Source: Schmidtea nova
Lineage: Eukaryota
Length of the DNA stretch: 64,000 nucleotides
Reading direction: 5' to 3'
NCBI GenBank assembly: GCA_044892505.1
Contig: CM097882.1
Coordinates: forward strand, 578,150,001 to 578,214,000
Shown: positions 11,473 to 24,298 of the stretch, piece after piece
Layout of the letters: the number at the start of each line of letters is the position of its first letter
Position numbering within the stretch: position 1 is the first letter of the stretch
Made by a program: the position numbers and the translations under genes
Notes under the pieces: model-generated
Database searches by the model: none
What the model saw: the letters and a program-made list of their open reading frames with translations, nothing else
Told to the model about the DNA's origin: nothing

Positions 11473-13878
11473 TCAGGTCTTTTTTTTGAATACTCGAAAA
11501 AAATCTGGATTTGAAGATTTTGATTTGTTGACCATCGACAATTCTTCCATTATTCGAATCATTGAGGACGCAATTATGTTGTTTGACAAACAGTCGAGTT
11601 GGGTGGAGATTTTCGCCTGCATTTTTCGGATGATGTTCTCCACGGATTTGAATTTGCTTATTTCCATTCGCAAAGATTTCAAGGGCACTTTATTCTTTTG
11701 CATGTCAAGGTCAATATCTCGATATTTAGCGTTCGATGCGAGCAGATTTTTCAATCTCGTTTTCAATTCATCATCACTTATGTCAGTTTGAAAGTTGTTT
11801 TGATTTGAATATTTTGGAAATCTTTCCAGTATTTCCACTGGTTTTGTCGGTTTCTGTAGCAACTCACAGGAACTTTTCGTTCTTGTTATATGGTGGTGAT
11901 ATGGCGGTTTTTTGTTTGATGAAACAATTGATCTGGAAGATTTTCGCTTCGGTTTCGTTGCTAGAGCAACAATTGAACTGTACAAATCTGCGTTTGGGGA
12001 TTTTATCCCCGAGACATGTTGACAATTACCCGGCGGAGTCAAAAGAAAGTTCCTCTCGTCGTGTTGTGATAAAGATTGAAGATTTTCTAATGAGTTCGAG
12101 TTATTGGCAAATCGTTTTGGTTTGATAGGTTTCGGTTTTCTGACAACAGATTGAGGTCGTTTCATAGACTTGGAAAATGTTCGAAAACTGTTCGAATGAC
12201 CTTCGGAGTTTTTACAAGAATTCGTATTCCTATTGGATTGTAGAAGATAAGTGTCATTATAATTATCCAATGAGAAGTGTCTCGCGTGATTTGCTGGGAT
12301 AAATTTCAATGAACAATGATTTTCCTTATCAACAACCGTAAACACCATGGGATTTATGCCAGAATTATTTTGGTTGTTTGTATTAACATTTGAAAGAACA
12401 TCTGTTAGACTTGATCTATTAAGTTGCAAGAGCTCTCGCACAATTGGTGAATAGGCTGGGTCTCTTCCGTGCAATATCGGAGCATTTAACAAGACGTTTG
12501 GAATTTTATCGTACCGATTGATGAATGTTATACACAAAAAATCTGTATACAAAATGTAGTCCTGCATTCGGATCCGAAAATCTGAAACCGTGATCGGCTT
12601 AATAATAGTCAGACACCATTCCGAGAAGACTAAAGCTAAACTTTCGTCAGATTTAACGAAAAAGTCTTCAATTATTCGAGTGTCTAAAATAATTTTCGAC
12701 ATTAATCGACTCAGTTTCATGTAGTGACCGCATCTATCATTGTATTGGCATCTTTGGTACCATAGAAATAGAGATCCTATGCAAACTTGATAATCGTAGT
12801 TTATTCTTGTTGACAATTCAGTAGGATCAAGTTGAAATAAGTCTTCTCGACTTGCTTTTATAATTGTAGGAATTTTGTCCATAATAACACTGACATGTTC
12901 TGACTGGAGTTCTTCGATTGTCTTCGGCGATAGAATCTTTTCCGGGCTGGTAGGTGGATTACTTGTGTAAAATACTTTCAAATAAGTGACTCCTCGAAAA
13001 TATCCAATCATTTGAATTTGCTCAAGAATATTTATCAGTTGTATTGCGCTTTCTTCAATGAAATACTTCGTACCTAACCCCGTTCGACAAACTCGGCGAA
13101 AAATACTGACATAGTCCCATTTGCTGTTGTCATCCAATTCAAGGTCATATACAAATATGTCAAACATCGTCAAACCGATTGATGGATCGGTTAAGATTTT
13201 CATTATTTTTGTAACATTTAAACAAGGCTTATGGCGCAATAATTCCACCATATAATCTAATATATCTTTATATAAGTTGATGGTTTCTTTAAAAGGCATT
13301 CGACAAATTATAGAGAGTTGCTTCTGAGGGGTAAATCCGCACTCTAAAAGCATGTGAATGCCGTCAAAAAAGTTTCTGCGAATGGCTAATAAAATCGGAA
13401 AAGTATTCGCTAACTCATTTGATACTCGGCGTGCTCCTTTTTTAAACACCTTTTGTACGAAACACGGTTCGGCGGGATGGATTATTTTATTGCCAGCTTC
13501 ATTTTTCAAATCTAGCAACATTTCTACTGCATACAATTCTTTCATATAAACCGCTAAAGCCAACGGAGTGAGATACAAAACGGTTTGTTGATGATATGCC
13601 GGCGTTTCCAAAGAATAATCACCAGGCATAAGATCCATTGGCCTATCAGGTACTTGGTAATACCTTGAAAATAGTTCAGCGTGGGACTTTCCGCATTTAA
13701 TCAATCGTTTCAAGTTAACCTTATTAGTAAGCATCGCTAAAATCCATCTAGTGGCGGGACTTTCATACCCAAAAAATTCAGGTACTTTTAAAGAATGACT
13801 TTGGTCTTGACGAAGACTTAATATTGGTGGGATCGGAAGATTCAAGGCATATCTCAATTCCTCTGATAAAAATTTCAT
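11473..13878 (-). CDS. 801-aa single-ORF protein with divergent ankyrin-like repeats (N-half), helical middle region, Ser/Lys/Asn-rich low-complexity segment and coiled C-terminus
   Basis: 2.4-kb uninterrupted ORF in stop-rich AT background; LTPLALAV..ELYAVEMLLD and TFPILLAIRRNFFDGIHMLLECG resemble ankyrin TPLHxA..G....V..LL..G. Confidence 0.85.
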   Translation of the reverse strand: MKFLSEELRYALNLPIPPILSLRQDQSHSLKVPEFFGYESPATRWILAMLTNKVNLKRLIKCGKSHAELFSRYYQVPDRPMDLMPGDYSLETPAYHQQTVLYLTPLALAVYMKELYAVEMLLDLKNEAGNKIIHPAEPCFVQKVFKKGARRVSNELANTFPILLAIRRNFFDGIHMLLECGFTPQKQLSIICRMPFKETINLYKDILDYMVELLRHKPCLNVTKIMKILTDPSIGLTMFDIFVYDLELDDNSKWDYVSIFRRVCRTGLGTKYFIEESAIQLINILEQIQMIGYFRGVTYLKVFYTSNPPTSPEKILSPKTIEELQSEHVSVIMDKIPTIIKASREDLFQLDPTELSTRINYDYQVCIGSLFLWYQRCQYNDRCGHYMKLSRLMSKIILDTRIIEDFFVKSDESLALVFSEWCLTIIKPITVSDFRIRMQDYILYTDFLCITFINRYDKIPNVLLNAPILHGRDPAYSPIVRELLQLNRSSLTDVLSNVNTNNQNNSGINPMVFTVVDKENHCSLKFIPANHARHFSLDNYNDTYLLQSNRNTNSCKNSEGHSNSFRTFSKSMKRPQSVVRKPKPIKPKRFANNSNSLENLQSLSQHDERNFLLTPPGNCQHVSGIKSPNADLYSSIVALATKPKRKSSRSIVSSNKKPPYHHHITRTKSSCELLQKPTKPVEILERFPKYSNQNNFQTDISDDELKTRLKNLLASNAKYRDIDLDMQKNKVPLKSLRMEISKFKSVENIIRKMQAKISTQLDCLSNNIIASSMIRIMEELSMVNKSKSSNPDFFRVFKKKT

Positions 13879-14139
13879 CGTATTAATTAACTAATTGATT
13901 TACATTTAACATCATATTTGATTAACAAATTTTATCTACATTTTTAGAAAATCAAAAAGACATTTTTTCAATATTTTTAATTTTAATTATATGATAAAAG
14001 AATGAAAAAAATTGAAAAAGGGATAAAAACTATGCAGTTGAAGATACGCCATATAACGTTCATGAAAATCCCTATATTATAATATAAAAATATAATATAC
14101 CCAACATTATCTGTTTATTTATTTATTTATTTGTGATTC

Positions 14140-15222
14140 TGTTGAGGTTCCCAGAATCTCAACTTGGTATCTTATATAAATAAATAAGATAACACTGGTT
14201 CAAAGAATTTATTCAAATACAACAAATGCAAATTACCTAAAAAATATTACAGATTCACAATGTTGTTCCTATAATGTGTAAATATATATGTATGAGTGTG
14301 TATGTGTGAATGCCTTCTGAGCTCGATATCTTGTATGCTCGAAATTATTATTTCAATAGTCGATAACAACTATGAAATTCTTCTTACGCAAAGATTTTAT
14401 GGGTGATTTGACTGAAAAAATCAGTCAGTTTATATACTAAATTTTAAGGCACTTAATCGGTCAATAATGATTGTTATTTTGCCTCTTGAGTTCATTGAAA
14501 TTGTTTTTGAAAATAGAGTTGTTTTCAAAACAGAATTGTTTTCAAAATTATTTTTTAACCTTGAGATATTATTTCATTTTTCTGACCTTTGTAGGTCATA
14601 AATATAATTTATTTAAACAAACAGTAATATATTTATTTTTGATTTATTTAAACAATATGTATTATTTATTTAGTTAATTATTATTATTATAATTTACTGA
14701 ATTAAAATATTAAAATATAAATGAAAATATAATCCATTTTCCAAATAGTTAAAAAAATTATTTTTTACAAAAATATTTTCAAAACAAAATATTTTTTCAA
14801 AATTATATAAAATTTTGTTCATCGCCATAAAAAATGTCAATAAATGTTTGCAATATCACAAATGATAAATTGTCAAATTATAAATTGTCATGCTGATAAA
14901 TTGTCATTACAAAAATTAATTGTAAACAATATTTTAGTAACAGAAACAAAATAAAATTATCCCATAAAAATAAAAATTGTCAGATAGTCACAGCTTAATC
15001 ATATAATTTTCATCATCATAAAACAAAAGTCAAATGAGATCAACAGTAAAATATCATCATATAAAATCACTAAAATCATAATGTCTTTGAAGTTGATATT
15101 CTCCATTGATTATTGAATTGCCATTGCCATCTGATCCACGTGTATATTTATCCTGTACCTTCCATTTTCTACTGTATAATATTTTAATTTAAAAACCCTT
15201 ATTCTATGCCCATCTTCTAACA
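14140..15222 (-). mobile_element. Solo LTR (same family as 39648-40500)
   Basis: TGTT/AACA termini, perfect 4-bp TSD ATTC, long alignable blocks with 39648-40500, AATAAA near the minus-strand 3' end. Confidence 0.85.
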
Positions 15223-15953
15223 ATTCCGAAACGCTCAAAGTTTACTACGATTACTTTTTTTATTCAATGTTTTCAACATTTTTTCTTTTTGGGAATTTTT
15301 TGAAGAGAGTTTATGACCATATTGATCTTGGATATACAGGAACTAATTATAACTTCCATACATTCGATTAAATTATATTTGTGTGACAAGCTTATGCTTT
15401 TCTTGGTTAAGGAGATCATAGTGATCATCTTTATTTCTTAATTAATGTGAAAACATTTTTCAACAAACAAAAACAAATAAATCGAAAAGTAAGTAGCTAA
15501 TTATTATATTCCATATCTTTATCATATTAACTATATATATTGATATTGATATCATATTAATGATATCATATTTAATATATTTAATATATATTGATATCAT
15601 ATTTAACTATATCATCATATTAACTATATATGCTTCCATTGAAGATGATCCTTACAACGTCCATCACAGTGGCAGATCATACAAGCCAGAAAATTGGTTG
15701 TCAAAGTGTCAATACAAAAACAAATATAAATGTTAAAATTTGTATAATTTGTCGAGTTCACAATGATTGATGGGATTGAGTTATTATATAAACTAACTCA
15801 TCGCAATAACATTTGTAAGTTAGTCGAAAAAGGAAAATTTAAACTAAATCATTTCAGTAAAATTTTCAATTGATCGAAGAAATAAAAAGAATTAGAAAAA
15901 GTAACTCGATTTAAAACTTGTTGGGAAAATATTAATTCAAAATCCGATTAGAT

Positions 15954-16375
15954 CAGTGTTGTCCAACTGTGTGCCGTGGCAGGTGCCCAGGTGTGCCGTG
16001 AAATTTTTTAAAAAAAGTCAAAAAAAAAACTGTTTTTTCAAACAACTTAATAAAAGGAAATTGAATTGTGGATATTTTAACAGTTATTTCAAATTTAAAT
16101 GATAATCAGTCAATTAAGTGCGAAATTTATTTGTTTACAATCATATTTATATTTCTTACTAGAAATATTGACTATCTAAAATACGTAAGCAGCTTAATTA
16201 TGTTTATTTAGAATCTTAAATCTTAAATAATAATATAAGCTTTTCATTTCTTATTAAAAGATTAGTAAAAGTGCAATAAAAAATTGCAAATAAAGCAAAA
16301 AAAAATTTAGGTGTGCCGCAAAAATTTTTAATTCAGCCAAGTGTGCCGTGGCTCAAAAAAGTTTGGACAACACTG
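15954..16375. mobile_element. hAT (Buster/Charlie-like) MITE, 422 bp
   Basis: TIR CAGTGTTGTCCAA, perfect 8-bp TSD GATTAGAT with central TA, subterminal GTGTGCCG motifs. Confidence 0.92.
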
Positions 16376-16535
16376 GATTAGATTGATATTAGAAGCCAAA
16401 TTAAATATTGAAGAATCAAAACTTGTTCAAAATTAGGCGAAAAGGTAAATATTCTTATTGCACTAATTTAAAATTTAAGCATACAAAATTTGAAATAAAA
16501 AAAGTTTTATTTTTTGAAAATTAAACAGTAAACTA

Positions 16536-17965
16536 TGAGCAATTCTAATGTGCCAGCGCCACAGTGAGAGATAATAATGACTACAACAGTTGTCAGAAAT
16601 TACTACTTAACCAATATAGTGGAGATCATGTTGAATTTACCGATTTTATGGGCGAATATTATATGTATGCGGTGGTTTACGGTTGGAGCTAATATATTAT
16701 CACTATATCTTCAAAGAGTCCCTAGGGAAACATGGTAACAATAGGATAAAAGAGGCATTCGAAACGACTTGGCAAAGTTGAAGGATGCACTTGCGTCGAA
16801 ATTGATCGTGGAAGACATAAAGCGAATTTTAAGACAAGAGTTCTATATTAGAATGCAGAAATCGGATGAATCAGTTTGTGAGTTCGCTTATTATTTAACT
16901 ACACTTATAGATAAAGCGTTTGAAATCAAGACAGATCAACCTTTTACAGTAAAACAAATCAATGAATTGTTGCAGGATAAATTTTTCATGTGGATTAATA
17001 AAGACATTCTTAAAGCCTTATGCTATATAGACTTTCGTGCTTGTTAAAAAGGTCATGCAGATCGAATTAAATTTGAAAGGCATCAGAGAAAAGTTCCAAT
17101 CATTAGCAGTGATTCCAGAAAAGAGGGATAGATCAGTAACGCCTGTAAAAATTAATTTATTTCAAAGAACCAACAGCTCATTCCCAAAATTCCCAAATAA
17201 ATTTGAACCTAATAGATCAACAGTAGATGCTCAAATTGCCAAACAAGAAAGATAATTCAATGCGATATTTGTCAAAAAGTGGGACACTATGCCAATCAAT
17301 GCTGGTACAAAAATTATGGACCAAAAGGTTCTAAGAAATGCATCCCGATTCGCTAAAGGTAGTAATAAAAGAAATCGTCGAAAGCCAACACTACAATGAA
17401 AATCCGCAATGTTACAACTGTGGAAAAGAGGACATTTGTCTAGAAATTGTCTGTTGAAATCTAGATAACAATCAATGTTTCCGTCGCCACAAAGAGATAA
17501 AATAAATTTTAAAGGTCAAGTGCAATGTCATTTGTGCAAGGGATATGGGCACATAGCAAATTCATGTGCGAAAACGTTCAAAGATTTCAAAGTCCAATAC
17601 TAAAGAAGTCCACTCAATTTCAAGATGATTACCCAAATACGAGTAATATGATTTATACGCAGGAAAATGATTATAACAAAATGGAAAGTAAACTGAGAGA
17701 AATGAGCAGAAAATTAAATCGGCTGATGTCAAACTTTGAATCAGACGACGAGATAGAAAATCATATGGTTTCAGAATTACCAGAAGAACCTCCAGAGATA
17801 GTAAAAAATAAACTATCAAAAAAGGATGACTTAGAAATTGAGAAGGCAATGATTCTAATTCTAAGAGCGGAGAAATTGATCATAACCAAAGAAATAAACT
17901 ATTCGAAGTTGATGGAAGAGATTGAAATGTTGAGTAAAATGTCTTTGAGCATGAGAATTTATTAG
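16536..17965 (+). pseudogene. Degraded LTR-retrotransposon gag with three CCHC zinc knuckles
   Basis: RMQKSDESVCEFAYYL gag-like motif; knuckles CDICQKVGHYANQC (~17260), CYNCGK.GHLSRNC (~17410, frameshifted), CHLCKGYGHIANSC (~17525); several stops/frameshifts; no pol downstream. Confidence 0.75.
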
Positions 17966-18090
17966 AATTTTATTAACTGTGTGCCGAATCTTATGCAATA
18001 AATCCACTAAAATGAGATGAAATTTAAGAGTTGATAAATATTTTCGGGAAAACCTTTAGAAAAAGAAAATGTTTAGATTTAATGTTAGTA

Positions 18091-18266
18091 CAGGTAAAAT
18101 CTCGTTGTAACGAAGCTCACGGGACTGAGTAAATTGTTTCGTTATACTGAAAATTTGTTATATCGAGTACTATAAAATATTGTGGAAGTTCGTCGGGGAC
18201 AAATTATAGATTTGTTATACTGGAAATTTCGTTACTTCGGTATTCGTTACATCGAGATTTGACCTG
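18091..18266. mobile_element. pogo/Tigger-type MITE, 176 bp
   Basis: TIR CAGGT(A/C)AAATCTCG(T/A)TGTAACGAA, TA on both flanks. Confidence 0.9.
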
Positions 18267-18379
18267 TATTAGAGAAAAATAAATTAATAAAATTGTTTTT
18301 GCAGCAAATGCTTATTTTGTTACTTATTTATTAATTTATTAAATACTTAAAGCTGCTACCAGGGAATCACCATTTTATA

Positions 18380-18900
18380 CTATAAGAGAAAAAGCCTATG
18401 AATATGAAAATAATTTTTACTGAGAAGCACACCATCGAGTGAAAGAATTGAAAAGAAAATTGCAGTTTAAACCCAGTGAAAGGAATTAAAATTTAGAGAA
18501 GATTTTTAGATGACGATTGGTTGTGGATTTATTCCGGGTTTAACTTATATAGTTCAAATAGCCAGTATAGTTACAGCTTGTGAAGCTTCTAAAAATGATG
18601 TTGGAGATATATTATAGAATCTAACAGATGTTTTACTGATAAACGACGGTGATGATGTCAACGAACAATAAAAGTTAATTGAGAATTCTGAATTTGAGGT
18701 AGAAAGGCTATAATTATGTTGTAGAAGAAGATATAGAGGAAAACTAAAAGTAATATTGCGAGAAGTGGGTAAAAAGTTCAGAGGAATGAGAGTAAATCTC
18801 AAACGATTGGATATTTGGAAATAAAAACTTATGGAGAAACTCAGTACACTCAAGAGCACTGGCAAGAAAAAACTTCAGAAATTAAGAAAACGAGCAGCTG
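18380..18900 (+). pseudogene. Heavily degraded pogo-like transposase fragment
   Basis: IREKAYE...HHRVKELKRK and GKLKVILREVGKKF-like pieces across frames; many stops. Confidence 0.35.
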
Positions 18901-19591
18901 AAGTATAGGGGAATGATGCAATTATTATATTAAAGTATAAAAGTAAAAAACTCGATGATGATGAATATTTGCTTGATTGTGGATTGATATAACGAGGGTT
19001 TGATTATGTCGGACGTCCGAGTAAATATATTTATATTTAATTTCTAATTTACTGCGTTACAAACCGACAGAAAGATAAACCTATATTATTATAATATAGT
19101 ATAATAAAATTTACTAAATTTTATAATTTCATTTAGTAAATTCAAGAAAATTGTACTAAATGTTAAGCTAAATGTTACATCAATGTAATTTATACTATAT
19201 TGACCTTAATTAGTGACTAACCGCCCTAAACTAGTGACAACAAGTGCATAGCGTGCATCCCAAATATCATTTATTCCCTAATCTAAATATTTATTCTAAC
19301 TGATTACTCAACGAAAATCACATGATTAATTAATTTAATATAAAATTATTTCATAATTGTTCATTCCAATAGATTATTGGTATGCGCACATCTACTGCCC
19401 CTTTCAAATATCGAAAATTTATGTTAAATTGAAAACATTTTGATCTATAGTCTAAAAAATAAAAATAAGCAAAATCATAATTAAAATATTGAAAATGATA
19501 AAATTTAATTTAAATGATTCCCAAATATTTTAAAATAATTATTACTAATAGATCAGCTTGATTTCGTTCATTAATAAAACGAATAACATGT

Positions 19592-19772
19592 AGTTTGATT
19601 TCTTTCCAGATCTTCCAACATACATGGTACAAGGAGAACTGTTAAAGGAGGTAAAGCATAATTGTGTATGTGTAGGTATAAGTTATACGTGCACATACAC
19701 AATTATGCTTTACCTCCTTTAACGGTTATCCTTGTACCATGTATGTTGGAAAATCTGGAAAGAAATCAAACT
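19592..19772. repeat. Short palindrome/MITE-like hairpin: 81-bp arms, 19-nt loop
   Basis: AGTTTGATTTCTTTCCAGAT...GTGTATGTG matches the reverse complement of the right arm with 3 mismatches. Confidence 0.9.
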
Positions 19773-20543
19773 CTAGGTATACCGTATAACAAACTCTCAA
19801 ATGAAGAACTGATCAACGGAGCACATGATTTAATGCAGAGAAGGGGAACATTTTTATCCTCAGAGGCCACATTCAAATCAGTCCACAATGAAGGGAACCG
19901 CATTAGTTGATATGTGGACCTATAAATGCAATTTTTATGAAATTATTACAGTTTGTTGTGTAGTTTCTTTTTTAAATAAGCAACTATTTACATATATAAA
20001 TAGTTGTACCATGAAAATTGTACATACATCACAATATAAGTCATCATTTGAATAGAATCTCAATTAATACAAGATCTAACTTTACGGAGGCCGCAGGTTC
20101 CCCACCAACGACTTAGTAGCAATTTCAATTGTTAGGGACCCAATTAAAAACAAAGTTTCGACAAAAATATATTTCAATTAAACGAATTTGATAGATTGTA
20201 CAGTCAGCGAAACGATGCATAGTATTAGAATAGAAAGCCAAAAGTAAAAATATAATTTAAAACCGAATCAAATTCTTTATCAGCCATCTAACTATTGAAA
20301 CTAATCTTCCAAAAATAAGCCATTTTTCATTAACGAATCTCATCAAATCTTGATAGAAAATCATCTAAAATGAGCAGTGAGTAGCATCAGTTCCAATTTC
20401 AGCCTGTCAAAGAGCGGGCGGAGCCTAGAAATACATTTCAACTAGTTTACACCGAAGCTTCTTCAACGAAACAAAATATGAAATAAGAGAAGATCGCCGT
20501 AGATGTATATAAAAATAATGTCAATAATAAAATAATAAATTTA

Positions 20544-20767
20544 TCATGCTTTCTGGGGAATATTAAACTTAACAGGTTTCCACTGGTTGTTATTCGGTAG
20601 TTGAGACGTTTCTTTCATTTGGGACTGTGGCACATTTTTCGGAGTTGAAATGGTGATCGGATTGCTCATTTTAATGGGCTCTTGATACCCTTGATTGCTG
20701 TTGCGACGGATCACATGAGTTGGTTTTCTAGTTTGAATCGCAGAACTTTCAATTGTGTTTTGGTTGC
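20544..20767 (-). CDS. Synaptopodin/myozenin-like gene, putative terminal exon
   Basis: Polypyrimidine TTTCCTTTAG acceptor; phase 1 joins exon 26187-26688 in frame (NK-G-NQN...NQWKPVKFNIPQKA*). Confidence 0.6.
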
Positions 20768-21638
20768 CTAAAGGAAACATAAAAATATATACGTGTCAGT
20801 GTAGCAATCTATATGATTAGTATAATATAATTGTAAAAATTTGTGTTCAACGTAAAATTCCTCGCGTAAAACTTTATTGTCGTTTACATATATTAAAGTC
20901 ACGTTTATCCGGACAAATTTTTTGTTCGTTTAAAATATTTTTAAATTCACCCTTTAAGATGTTTGAAAAACAAAAAAGAAAAAGAGCACTCATTAAAATT
21001 GAAAAGAAATTACATGCAGGTAATCGACTATAAGATAAGGAGTTGACATACATTTAATTTTAAGAGTATGGTGTAAGATGATCAACAATATACGATCAAC
21101 AAAAGAATAGGAGACCTTTGGGATATTTTCTTAAAATAAATATTCTAAACCCGCTCTAGTTAACAAATTCACAACACAAAAAACAAAATATTCTGAACAA
21201 AATGATGCTTTGTATATATTTTTTAATAAATTTGTAATAAATATTTTTTTAATCTAATTTTTTAAAATTTAAAATTACGAATTTTATTTAATATATATTT
21301 TTTTAAAATTTTTTAACAAATTTTAATATATATTTTTTATAACTTTCGGTTTTTAACTTTTGATTTTTTGACTTTTGATTTTTATCGGTTTAAACGGAAA
21401 ATTAGTTAATTGGTGTAGTGCCTCAGACTTTTCAATTTAATAATGACATTAATTTAATAAATTATTAATTATTATTATTAATTATTAATTTAATTATTAA
21501 TTTAATAATTAAATTAAATAATATTTTTTTTAAATAAAACTTGTTTAAATAATCAGAAAAAGTCCCTTTTTGAATCTTAACAAAATCATTATAGCCATCA
21601 AGAAATCCAATGAAATGTATTCAAATTAAAATGTTGCT

Positions 21639-22145
21639 TTGAGCATTCCACCTAGTGAGAAAACAATTGTGACAAGTTCAGAATCACTGACGACATCAAG
21701 TACACAAACTTCGAGCTCAATAGGAAGCACTAGTTCTTCAAGTGAGACGCCATCAACGCACTTAACACGCACATCAATCAAGTCGTGTAACCAACCAGAA
21801 TTCTCTTCGATATCATTAGACAAAATGAGTGAAAAATTATCAAGTTTGAGTAGCGTTAAAAGTTCTTTTGTTGTATCGTCAACATCAACGAATAGAACAA
21901 GAAACAGTGAAAGCTCAACAACAAAACCTATCGAAAGTTTTACAAGCATTTCATCTTATGTCCAAACAATGCCGAATGTCGGTACAATCAATAAAGATCA
22001 ACAGATTATGCTGTCAAAGATTAATGATTATGAAAGCCAAGGAACTCATTCATCAACTATTCTATCCTCAATATATATTGTTTTCATGCGGTTTATATTA
22101 GACTTATTCTTTCTCAAAATTCTCGGTCTAACTCTGCCCGGATAA
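21639..22145 (+). CDS. Ser/Thr-rich (mucin-like) ORF with hydrophobic C-terminus, antisense within an intron; exon or pseudogene
   Basis: 168-aa open frame of very high S/T content ending ILSSIYIVFMRFILDLFFLKILGLTLPG; only a TTG start, with an in-frame TAA just upstream. Confidence 0.4.
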   Translation: MSIPPSEKTIVTSSESLTTSSTQTSSSIGSTSSSSETPSTHLTRTSIKSCNQPEFSSISLDKMSEKLSSLSSVKSSFVVSSTSTNRTRNSESSTTKPIESFTSISSYVQTMPNVGTINKDQQIMLSKINDYESQGTHSSTILSSIYIVFMRFILDLFFLKILGLTLPG

Positions 22146-23011
22146 ACGGAGTTAATCGGTATACGAAAATATGAATTCCAGCTTATAACATAAAACTAAA
22201 TACTAAATATATATATAAGAATTTTTGGCTTGTGCTTTTCATTTATTTCAAAGAAAAATACCGAATTAATGTAAAACATTCATTAATAAATTTTATTTAT
22301 TTATTAAACAACCAATTTATAGAAATATTAATGGAAAATACAAAAAATGTCAAAATTAAAATGTAAGCATACAAAGATTAATAGAGATATAATAAACATT
22401 TTTTATAAAGTATATTGGTAAAAAGATTAATTTTGTCACCTAATTTTGCCACCCTCATTAGTCAGATGGTCATCAAGCGATCAAAAACTAATTGAATGTT
22501 CGTCACCCTTATATTCTCTTGTCTTAAATAATTCAACTCTTGTTTATTATCAATTTCAGCTCCTTGATTTTTTTTCTTTTATAATTGCTTTTCCTGAGAT
22601 ACCTCCACTTTCTGTATTATTACCATAATTACCTTTACCTTCATAGATAACTCATAATTTGACGTTGAATCATTTAAGTCAGAATTCTTTCCAGAATTGT
22701 TTTTATTTTTAAAATATTTTTTATGCTTTCTTTGATATCAGTAATCACTTTTATCATTGGAACTTTACTGCTTAGATTAAAATCTCAGTATTTTTCCTCT
22801 TCTAAAATAATCAAATCAAAGTCTCTTAAGTAATGTCTGAATTGGAAGTTCTCTTCTCATTTATGCTATTTGTTGAAACCTTTTTAGTTTGACTCTTAAC
22901 GAGTTTTGTCTACTTATTTCATCTAGCATAAATGTTATCGTGACAACTGCCATGTATAAAGGGACTTTTTCACCGCCTAGAGTTCCAACGGTCAATTTTC
23001 TAGATTACATA

Positions 23012-24298
23012 CGTGGTGCGTTCAATAAGTACCCGACCAAAGGTAAAAAAATGTAATGACAAATTTTAGTTTTTTTGTGTAAATAAATAAATAAATATAG
23101 GTTTTGATTTCAGTTATTGTTTTATTTTATCAAACGCATTAAAATTTTTATTGTGACATTTTGAATTTTCGTCGGTGTAATGATTTCAGACGTTGAGTAT
23201 CGCAGCGTTATCAAGTTCTTTGTGTTGCAGAAGAAGACGTGCAGTGAAATCTACGATCTTTTGCAGTCAACTTACCTACATGACTCCCCATCTCTGACAA
23301 CTGTTAAATATTGGGTCAGAGAGTTTAAAGGTGGTCGCACCTCCGTTTTTGATCAAGAAAAATCAGGTCGGCCACAAGACATTTTTGACACAGTTGATGA
23401 AAAATTGGAGAAGATTGTCCAAGAAGAGCGTCGAATCACCATGAAAATGCTGTCAACGAAGCTCAACATCAGTGTTGGTACAGCCCACGCCAAATTGAAA
23501 TACATGGGTATCAGAAAACTGTGCTCCAGATTCGTACCCCGCTTCTTGACTGGTGAATTGATGCGAAACCGCTTGGAGTGCAGTCAGAACAACTTGAACC
23601 TGTGGGACCAGCATGGTGAGACTTTCCTGGCAAATTTAATAACGGAGGATGAAACCCCACTCAGTATGTATTTGCCGGAAACAAAGCGTGAGTCAGCAGA
23701 GTAGAAACTACCATCTTTGAAGATGCGAACGGGGACAAGTCATGGGCGAGCGATGATGTTTTCCATTTTCTGGGATCATAAAGGTGTTATTCTCATTGAT
23801 TTCGCGGATAAAGGCATCACCATCAACGCTGCCTATTACAGCCAACTCGTGGCAACCGCCAGAAAGAATAGACGGAAGCAGAAGAATACGCCACTATGGT
23901 TTCTCCACGACAATGCGCCAGCGCACACAGCGGGCATTTCTCGGGCCACAATTGAAGGTGCTAGACTAGTGCTTGTGGATCATCCGCCGTACAGCCCAGA
24001 TTTGGCACCAAGCGATTTTTACCTCTTTAGACACCTAAAGAAGCATTTGAGAGGCACCCAGTTTGGATCCAAAGACGATTTGAAGGTTGCCGTGGAGGAT
24101 TTCTTCAATGCATGTCCCCGAGATTTCTTCAAAAATGCGTTTTCTGAGTTTATTATTCGTTGGCGGAAGTGTGTGGAGCGAAATGGACATTATGTTGAAA
24201 AGTGATGCCTACATACGTTAAGCTTGTTGTGTCATAAAAATGGCCCATTTTGAAATTCGTTTTCTTCGTCAGGTTGGGTACTTATTGAACGCACCACG
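23012..24298 (+). mobile_element. Full-length mariner (DD34D) transposon with inactivated transposase
   Basis: 27-bp TIRs CGTGGTGCGTTCAATAAGTACCC(G/A)ACC, TA on both flanks; ORF 23180-24205 broken by TGG>TAG at 23702 plus a 12-nt deletion relative to the second copy; YSPDLAPSD motif. Confidence 0.97.

Noticed and set aside
11486-13549. Plus-strand ORFs overlapping the 801-aa gene, and similar ORFs opposite the mariner, kinase and pol genes
   Set aside because: Antisense or alternate-frame shadows with no motifs.
21615-21630. Stop-codon reassignment to explain the in-frame TAA before the S/T-rich ORF
   Set aside because: Other intact genes here terminate at TAA/TGA normally and their long ORFs show no read-through pattern.
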